Positions 55,062 through 64,000 of a stretch of DNA of 64,000 bases are shown here, in pieces. The first letter of the stretch is position 1, and each line of letters starts with the position of its first letter. The notes under the pieces were generated by a model. That model was not told the DNA's origin. It did no database searches and saw only the letters and a list, made by a program, of their open reading frames with translations. The position numbers and the translations under genes are program-made. This DNA comes from Betaproteobacteria bacterium (GTDB lineage Bacteria > Pseudomonadota > Gammaproteobacteria > Burkholderiales > Usitatibacteraceae), in NCBI GenBank assembly GCA_031376425.1, contig JANMDR010000280.1, positions 1,926-65,925 of the forward strand, written 5' to 3'.

Positions 55062-57881
55062 TTAGGCTAAGGTACGCGCAACCTCGGTAGTTTCAAACGC
55101 TTCAAGCACATCGCCCACTTCAACATCGGCAAAGTTCTTCAACGATAGGCCGCATTCGAAGCCAAGCTTCACTTCTTTTACGTCGTCTTTGAAGCGCTTC
55201 AAGGAATCAAGTTCACCAGTAAATATCACAATACCGCCGCGTACTAAACGCACGGTGGAGCCGCGCTTAATCACGCCGTCGGTTACGTAGCAGCCTGCCA
55301 CTGCCCCCACTTTAGAAATCTTGAATACGGTGCGGATTTCTACTTGGCCCAATATAGTTTCTTTGATTTCTGGAGCCAGTAAGCCTGATAGTGCATTCTT
55401 CACATCATCTACTGCTTCGTAAATAATGGTGTAGTAGCGAACTTGCACACCGGCTGATTCTATTAGCTTACGGGCGCTAGCGTCAGCGCGGGTGTTGAAG
55501 CCGATGATGATGGCTTTTGAAGCTACGGCCAAGTTCACGTCTGAATCACTAATGCCACCCACCGCTGCATGAACCACTTGCACGCGTACTTCCGGTGTAG
55601 ATAATTTGCTTAAAGCATGTGCCAAGCCTTCATAGGAGCCTTGTACGTCAGACTTAATGATGACGGTGAGCGATTTGGCAACGCCTTCGCCCATATTATC
55701 GAACGCGTTTTCAAGCTTGATAGCCTGCGCCTTAGCGAGCTTTACATCACGGAATTTACCTTGGCGGAATAGTGCGATTTCACGGGCTTTACGTTCGTCG
55801 TTAAGCACCATTACATCGTCACCAGCACCTGGCACATCGGTTAGGCCTTGCACTTCTACTGGAATCGATGGACCTGCTTCATTGACTGGTTTGCCGCTTT
55901 CGTCTGTCATCGCCCGCACACGGCCCGACACAGCACCAGCTAGCAACATGTCGCCTTTTTTGAGGGTGCCTGATTTAACTAAAATCGTCGCTACGGGGCC
56001 ACGCCCTTTATCTAGGCGTGCTTCGATGACCACACCGCGTGCGGGGCCAGTTTTAACAGCCTTCAAATCAAGCACTTCGGCACGTAACAAAATGGCGTCG
56101 AGTAAATCATCAATACCTTGGCCTGTTTTGGCAGATACATGCTGGAACATCACATCGCCGCCGTATTCTTCTGGCAGTACGTCGTTAGCTACTAATTCTT
56201 GTTTTACGCGATCAGGATTAGCACCAGGCTTATCCATTTTGTTAATCGCGACAATCATCGCCACGTTTGCGGCTTTGGCGTGAGCAATTGCTTCTTTGGT
56301 TTGCGGCATCACACCGTCATCAGCTGCAACAACCAAGATGACGATATCGGTAACCTGTGATCCACGCGCACGCATAGCCGTAAACGCTTCGTGACCTGGC
56401 GTATCGAGGAAGCTGATAACACCCTTAGGTGTGGTGACGTGGTACGCGCCAATATGCTGGGTGATACCACCTGCTTCGCCCGATGCAACACGTGCGGTAC
56501 GAATGCTGTCCAGTAATGAAGTTTTACCGTGATCGACGTGACCCATGATGGTAACAACAGGTGGACGAGTTTCTTCAATTTGATCGCCAGCGGCTGCAGT
56601 ATCGGCCAGATAAGCATCTGGATCTTGCGCTTTGGCGGCTTTGGCGTTGTGCCCCATTTCTTCGACGATAATCATCGCCGTGTCTTGGTCGAGCACTTGG
56701 TTAATGGTGACCATACTGCCCATTTTCATGAGCGTCTTAATCACTTCTGCTGCTTTCACCGCCATTTTTGCAGCGAGTTCGGCAACGGTAATCGTTTCTG
56801 GCACTGCGACGTCGTAGATAATTGGCTCAGTAGGGGCAACGAAGTTAGTCGCAACTTCACCATGCTGCGAATGGCCACGGCCTTTCGGGTTGCGCCATGC
56901 ATCGCGTCCGCCGGAGGTGTCGCCACGGGTTTTCATGGTGCGCCGTTTGGCGGCATCATCAGTCCATGTCGAAGTTTTAGTGGCAACTGGTTTTTTAACG
57001 GGCTTCTTCGCGTCTTTGTCTGCTGGTTTAGCAGCTGGGCGATGTAGTGTACCTTCAGTCGCTTTTGTTGCTGTTGCTGGTGTAGCGGCAACAACTGGTT
57101 TCGGCTCAGGCTTGGCAAACGATACGCGTGCGCCAATGCGTGGGCGATTCGGGTCATCAGCACCCATCGGCGATACTGCTGTTTGCGCTGCACCCATAGG
57201 ACGCGGCGCTGATTCTGGTTTGGCTTTTTTAATTACGCGGCCACCGGGTGCTGTAGACGCTGCTGGTGACTGCGGTGCGCTGTCGGGTGCATCTGCTTCA
57301 GTTGTAGCTGTAGTTGCCGCCGCAGCTTCAGTGGCTGGCACTACAGCTGCATCGGGCACGACTGCCGCCGCTGCACCGCTCTTGCGCGCAAGTTGGGCTT
57401 TTTTCTCTTCGTCTAATTTAGCTTTGGCTTCGGCTTGTTTTGCTAGAAGGGCGGCTTGACGTTCCTCTTCGAGGCGGCGTTTCGCAATTTCACTTTCGTC
57501 AATGACGGATACCGGCGCGCTTACAACCACAGGTTGCGCTGCCGCTACCTCAGTTGCGACTGGCGTTGGCGCTGCTGCCGCACCTTCCACTTTTAAGAAA
57601 GTGCGTTTTTTGCGTACCTCAACCTGAATGGTGCGCGCTTTACCGGTCGCGTCAGGACGTTTAATTTCCGTTGTTTGCTTGCGCGTTAACGTGATCTTTT
57701 TGTTTTCGTCTTTATGGCCGTGGGCAACTTGTAAATAAGAAAGAAGCTGAGTTTTATCCGCCTCGGTCAGCGAGTCGCTAGCGGAGGCTTTGGCCACGCC
57801 GGCTGCAGCCAACTGCTCAAGCAGCATAGCTTCAGAAAGTTTTAGTTCTTGCGAGAATTGCGCGACAGTAGATTGAGCCAT
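55062..57881 (-). CDS. infB: translation initiation factor IF-2
   Basis: 939 aa with an Ala/Pro/Lys-rich N-region, GTPase motifs [13 protein letters not shown] and NKMD, and a conserved C-terminal domain. Confidence 0.97.
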   Translation of the reverse strand: MAQSTVAQFSQELKLSEAMLLEQLAAAGVAKASASDSLTEADKTQLLSYLQVAHGHKDENKKITLTRKQTTEIKRPDATGKARTIQVEVRKKRTFLKVEGAAAAPTPVATEVAAAQPVVVSAPVSVIDESEIAKRRLEEERQAALLAKQAEAKAKLDEEKKAQLARKSGAAAAVVPDAAVVPATEAAAATTATTEADAPDSAPQSPAASTAPGGRVIKKAKPESAPRPMGAAQTAVSPMGADDPNRPRIGARVSFAKPEPKPVVAATPATATKATEGTLHRPAAKPADKDAKKPVKKPVATKTSTWTDDAAKRRTMKTRGDTSGGRDAWRNPKGRGHSQHGEVATNFVAPTEPIIYDVAVPETITVAELAAKMAVKAAEVIKTLMKMGSMVTINQVLDQDTAMIIVEEMGHNAKAAKAQDPDAYLADTAAAGDQIEETRPPVVTIMGHVDHGKTSLLDSIRTARVASGEAGGITQHIGAYHVTTPKGVISFLDTPGHEAFTAMRARGSQVTDIVILVVAADDGVMPQTKEAIAHAKAANVAMIVAINKMDKPGANPDRVKQELVANDVLPEEYGGDVMFQHVSAKTGQGIDDLLDAILLRAEVLDLKAVKTGPARGVVIEARLDKGRGPVATILVKSGTLKKGDMLLAGAVSGRVRAMTDESGKPVNEAGPSIPVEVQGLTDVPGAGDDVMVLNDERKAREIALFRQGKFRDVKLAKAQAIKLENAFDNMGEGVAKSLTVIIKSDVQGSYEGLAHALSKLSTPEVRVQVVHAAVGGISDSDVNLAVASKAIIIGFNTRADASARKLIESAGVQVRYYTIIYEAVDDVKNALSGLLAPEIKETILGQVEIRTVFKISKVGAVAGCYVTDGVIKRGSTVRLVRGGIVIFTGELDSLKRFKDDVKEVKLGFECGLSLKNFADVEVGDVLEAFETTEVARTLA

Positions 57882-58111
57882 TTGATACCTGTTTTTCTAG
57901 TGATGTGTACCGAAGTAATAAGTACATCGGCACATCGATTAAAGCGGAATGCAATAAAAATAATGCAGTAGGAACGGTGCGGTAGCGGGGCTGCAATTAG
58001 GTGCCACAGATGCATACGTGCAGCGGCTAATCATGGTGCTTTACGTTTCAAATTAAGGTAACAATGAAGATGCGTCCTGTCTTAAAAGTGGTGTAAACAA
58101 GGAATGAATTT

Positions 58112-59590
58112 TTAAGTTTCAGCAAACCACGGTGCGCGCGCAGTCATGATTAAGGTTTTTGCACGTTCGGCATCCACACCAGTAAATTCGGTGAGTTCAT
58201 CGATATCTAAGTTGGCAAGGTCTTCCATGGTACGTACGCCTTTTAGTGCCAAGCTATGTGCTACAGTTTCGTCCATACCTTCCATGGTTTTTAAATCTTC
58301 TTCCGCGTTTTCCATGGTTTCTTCGGATTTGATCGCGTCGGTTAAGAGTGCACTATTGGCACGGCGGCGTAGCTCTTCCACAGTTTCTTGATCAAAATCT
58401 TCAATTTCCAACATCTCAGCCAATGGCACATAGGCCACTTGCTCAAGTGATGTGAAACCCTCTGCCACCAAAATACCCGCTACGTCTTCATCCACATCCA
58501 AGCGTGCAACAAACATGGCACGGGTGGTGTCGGTTTCAGCGCTGCTGCGGGTTTGCGCTTCGGTTTGCGTCATGATGTTTAGCTGCCAGCCGGTAAGCTC
58601 TGAAGCTAGGCGGACGTTCTGTCCCAAGCGACCAATTGCCAATGCGAGTTGATCTTCTTCAACAACCACGTCCATGCTGTGTTTTTCTTCGTCCAAAATA
58701 ATTGAAGAAACTTCAGCAGGTGCGAGCGAATTAATCACAAACTGCGCCGGATCAGCTGACCATAAAATAATATCAACGCGCTCACCAGCAAGCTCGCTAG
58801 ATACGCCTTGCACACGTGAACCGCGCATACCAACGCAGGTGCCCACGGGATCGACACGTGGATCATTGGATTTCACCGCAATTTTTGCACGCTGCCCAGG
58901 GTCACGAGCGGCCGCCTTAATTTCTAGCAAGCCTTCTTCGATTTCTGGCACTTCAAGCTCAAACAATTTCATGATAAATTCAGGAGCAATGCGCGACAAA
59001 ATTAGTTGCGGACCGCGAATTTCACGTTCAATTTTAAGCAAATAAGCACGAACCCGATCACCAACGCGCAGGTTCTCTTTTGGAATTGTCTGATCGCGGC
59101 GTAACACGGCTTCAATTCGACCAGATTCCACAATAATATTGCCGCGTTCAATACGCTTGATCGTGCCGGTAACTAGGCTTTCGTCACGCGCTAAGAAGTC
59201 ATTCAAAATTTGTTCGCGTTCCGCATCACGAATTTTTTGCAAGATCACTTGCTTCGCCGCCTGCGCACCGATACGCCCGAATTCTGCGGCTTCCAAAGGC
59301 TCTTCAATAATATCGCCAAGTTCTAAATTTTCGCCGCGCTCTGGTGCATCGGTCATCGCGATTTGGCGTGAAGGTTCTTCATGGTCGAAATCTTCAACCA
59401 CAGTCCAGCGGCGGAATGCTTCGTAATCGCCTGATTGACGATCAATCGCAACGCGCACATCCACATCGGTTTCAAAGCGCTTCTTAGTCGCTGACGCTAA
59501 CGCCATTTCAAGGGCGATAAAAATAGTTTCGCGGGCTACGCTTTTCTCACGAGCCAGTGCGTCAACCAATAATAAAATTTCTTTACTCAT
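58112..59590 (-). CDS. nusA: transcription termination/antitermination factor NusA
   Basis: 492 aa with the N-domain, S1, two KH domains and acidic C-terminal repeats. Confidence 0.96.
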   Translation of the reverse strand: MSKEILLLVDALAREKSVARETIFIALEMALASATKKRFETDVDVRVAIDRQSGDYEAFRRWTVVEDFDHEEPSRQIAMTDAPERGENLELGDIIEEPLEAAEFGRIGAQAAKQVILQKIRDAEREQILNDFLARDESLVTGTIKRIERGNIIVESGRIEAVLRRDQTIPKENLRVGDRVRAYLLKIEREIRGPQLILSRIAPEFIMKLFELEVPEIEEGLLEIKAAARDPGQRAKIAVKSNDPRVDPVGTCVGMRGSRVQGVSSELAGERVDIILWSADPAQFVINSLAPAEVSSIILDEEKHSMDVVVEEDQLALAIGRLGQNVRLASELTGWQLNIMTQTEAQTRSSAETDTTRAMFVARLDVDEDVAGILVAEGFTSLEQVAYVPLAEMLEIEDFDQETVEELRRRANSALLTDAIKSEETMENAEEDLKTMEGMDETVAHSLALKGVRTMEDLANLDIDELTEFTGVDAERAKTLIMTARAPWFAET

Positions 59591-59599
59591 AATAGTCCC

Positions 59600-60190
59600 C
59601 TACAAATCCTGTGATAAATCTGGTATTAACTTCGCGCGTTCAATATCGGCAAATTCCACCGTAAGTTCTGGCACCGCTTTAAGTTTTGCTGCGGCCTTGG
59701 CCTTTTTTAGTGCTGTTTTGGTGCTTGGCTTTACTTCTTGCTCTATGACTTCAATAACTGGTGCAGCAAGCGCTTTTTTTGCGGCTAACTTTGCTACTTT
59801 AGCATCATGTTTTTCGTCAGGATGCAGTGCGAACGTAACGGTAGTGTCTGTGGAAGAAATAATGTCCCCACCAAATTTTTTGCGTCCGCCCACCATTTTA
59901 TTCAGGCGCACATTTACACCGCAGCCTTCAAATCGTACAAAATCAGCCACTTTACGCAAAGGTCGGTCAAGGCCAGGTGAAGACACTTCCAAGCGCTCAT
60001 AGTCAATATTTTCGACCATAAAAACCCGACTTAAGTGGTTACTTACCGTGGCACAGTCTTCTACCACAATGCCGTTTGGCGTATCGATAAAAATCCGCAA
60101 AGTACCACGCGCCGAGCGCTCAAGATCAACTAACTCGTAACCTAAGTCTTCGAGTGATTGTTCAATAAACTGTTCGAGATCTTGCGCCAA
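59600..60190 (-). CDS. rimP: ribosome maturation factor RimP (with Lys/Ala-rich insertion)
   Basis: 196 aa, immediately upstream of nusA. Motifs LGYELVD, RIFID and [15 protein letters not shown] start. Confidence 0.85.
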   Translation of the reverse strand: MAQDLEQFIEQSLEDLGYELVDLERSARGTLRIFIDTPNGIVVEDCATVSNHLSRVFMVENIDYERLEVSSPGLDRPLRKVADFVRFEGCGVNVRLNKMVGGRKKFGGDIISSTDTTVTFALHPDEKHDAKVAKLAAKKALAAPVIEVIEQEVKPSTKTALKKAKAAAKLKAVPELTVEFADIERAKLIPDLSQDL

Positions 60191-60321
60191 AGTACGATAT
60201 TCCTTAAAAATTCAGTGGGAGTGCTGCAGGTGTGCATTCATAACAATGCGAAAACTAAGCAAGTGTCACAGCACTTAATACAAGACTCGCAGCGTGCACG
60301 CATTAATCCGGCGGCACAAAT

Positions 60322-60347
60322 AAAAAATGGGCAAACTGCCCATTTTT
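60322..60347. terminator. bidirectional hairpin terminator downstream of the GST gene
   Basis: AAAAAATGGGCA aac TGCCCATTTTT. Confidence 0.75.
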
Positions 60348-60530
60348 ACCACTTGGCTATTAAAAATCGCATTCTTGAACGCAATTTAACTATCGCCTTT
60401 GTACCAACTTCTTACCACCTGCTGCACAACCCTCGAACAATAACACAAGGCGCGCTTTTGCGAAAGGTGCAACGTACGGATATTGGCTGCTTAATATCGC
60501 CTACGTCGTGAAATTGCAACATTAATTCGA

Positions 60531-61136
60531 TTATTTTGGAACCGTATCCACAAAAGCGGTGCGGGCTTCCAATCGCTCAACCCAAGCCTTTAAATTAGGA
60601 TAGGTCGTGCGCCACGCAAATTCAGGCAGGCGGAATTCTAACCACAGCAAACCACAAGCAAGCGCGATGTCGCCTAACAGGGGCGTTTCTGCACTGAAAA
60701 ACTTACGTTCACCAAGTTCGCGCGCGGCGGCGGCAATGCCAGCATCAATTTTTGCTGCCTGACGCTCTAACCAATCAGTGTTTTGACGTTCGACGGGGCG
60801 CTTCCGTTCCAGAAAAATAGTGATACCAGCATCCGTGATGCCATCACCTAAGGCTTCGAGACGCTTAACCAGCGCGCGTTCCCGGCCACTTTCAGGCAGT
60901 AAGCGCGACACCGGGGTAATGCCATCTAAATACTCACAAATAACCCGCGAATCGTACAGTGCTAAGCCGTCATCAAGCACTAGGACGGGCACTTTTGTTA
61001 AGGGGTTATAGAGGCCAACAGATGTTTCCGCACCCCAGACGTTTTCTGCCACAAAATCGCAGTCAATACGCTTTTCAGCCATGACAATGCGAACTTTACG
61101 GGCGTAGGGACTGGTGAAGGAGGCAACTAGTTTCAT
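60531..61136 (-). CDS. glutathione S-transferase family protein
   Basis: 201 aa with an N-terminal thioredoxin-like GST domain (SPYARKVR, VPVLV, SR.I.EYL) and an alpha-helical C-domain. Confidence 0.8.
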   Translation of the reverse strand: MKLVASFTSPYARKVRIVMAEKRIDCDFVAENVWGAETSVGLYNPLTKVPVLVLDDGLALYDSRVICEYLDGITPVSRLLPESGRERALVKRLEALGDGITDAGITIFLERKRPVERQNTDWLERQAAKIDAGIAAAARELGERKFFSAETPLLGDIALACGLLWLEFRLPEFAWRTTYPNLKAWVERLEARTAFVDTVPK

Positions 61137-61244
61137 TTTGGCGCTTGTGAGGAATATTGATTTCGGACGCGGAGTATAGCATTGTCATCTTAAAAAACCT
61201 GCTTTTCACTGTATTTGATGATGGTATCTTCGGGTTTACCCTAA

Positions 61245-63547
<2,303 letters not shown>

Positions 63548-63562
63548 GATATTTGCATCGTT

Positions 63563-64000
63563 TTATTTGTAAAACACATCATACGCGTAGCGCACAATTA
63601 ACGCACCCATCACCACTAAAAACGCTATGCGAATAAACGCGGCACCTTTTTTTAACGCCAACTTTGCGCCTAATGTGCTGCCCGCCACATTGCACACCGC
63701 CATCGGAATAGCGAGTTCGTAAATCACATTGCCGGTATAGGCAAAATAGGAAAGGGCGGCGAGATTAGTCGTGATATTAATCACCTTGGCGCTTGCCGAC
63801 GCGATCATAAATTCAAAGCCCAATAAACCGATAAAGGCAAAGATTAGAAAGCTTCCAGTGCCAGGCCCAAAGAAGCCCTCATAAAACCCCAATACAGCGC
63901 CGATGCCTATGCTTATTAGCTTTTCGGATGACGGGGTGCGGCTAGGCGTGTGCAAGGCACCTAGGTCTTTACGGGCAAATGTATAAATTGCCACGCCAAT
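63563..64000 (-). CDS. TauE/SafE-family sulfite-exporter-like membrane protein (C-terminal part; the gene continues beyond the window)
   Basis: Hydrophobic ORF running to the window edge, with Gly-rich TM helices typical of the family. Confidence 0.6.
   Translation of the reverse strand: MGVAIYTFARKDLGALHTPSRTPSSEKLISIGIGAVLGFYEGFFGPGTGSFLIFAFIGLLGFEFMIASASAKVINITTNLAALSYFAYTGNVIYELAIPMAVCNVAGSTLGAKLALKKGAAFIRIAFLVVMGALIVRYAYDVFYK

Noticed and set aside
56529-57459. Long + strand ORFs (172, 189 and 61 aa) antisense to the N-terminal region of infB
   Set aside because: They mirror the Ala/Pro/Lys-rich low-complexity part of IF-2. The GC-rich repetitive codons keep the opposite strand open, and the products are low-complexity with no start context. 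infB itself is unambiguous.

Overview
The window is a densely coding chromosomal segment of a Gram-negative bacterium. Gene order suggests a betaproteobacterium of the Burkholderiales type (rpe-gph-trpEGDC, OmpC-type porin, coq7, rplM-rpsI, rimP-nusA-infB-rbfA); this placement is inference, not a computed result. I support about 65 protein genes. I recognised no rRNA, tRNA, CRISPR array, transposase, integrase or phage gene, and no canonical multi-gene defence system. Housekeeping blocks are pntAA-pntAB-pntB, rpe-gph-trpEGDC, rplM-rpsI, erpA, rpoH, rimP-nusA-infB-rbfA and purB. Accessory-looking content is as follows. (1) A 14.5-kb uronate-polysaccharide utilisation locus at 13.0-27.6 kb holds a lyase-like protein, a frameshifted TonB-dependent receptor, an unassigned lipoprotein, kdgK-kduD-kduI, a LacI regulator, an MhpD-like hydratase and a TRAP transporter; a repeated TGGTAACCGGTGTCA operator-like motif occurs in it. 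(2) A 1146-aa secreted Kelch/Ig/NHL/DUF5648-like repeat protein carries a G-run cluster. (3) A folE-BLUF gene pair lies convergent with a 2TM/LytS-type kinase/LytTR module. (4) A vapBC cassette sits between an intact GIY-YIG gene and a decayed copy of it. (5) A cytochrome c/Tat-metallophosphoesterase/ECF sigma/anti-sigma cluster is present. (6) A VOC/two-TM protein/LMW-phosphatase-like operon of unknown function abuts a mazEF-like pair. Non-coding observations include a Trp-rich leader ORF before trpE, a family of related palindromic hairpins in terminator positions, and a perfect sigma70 consensus promoter far upstream of rplM. I cannot point to one clearly novel system. The candidates I would test first are items 6, 3, 4 and 1. 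All family assignments come from motif recognition by eye and need database confirmation.
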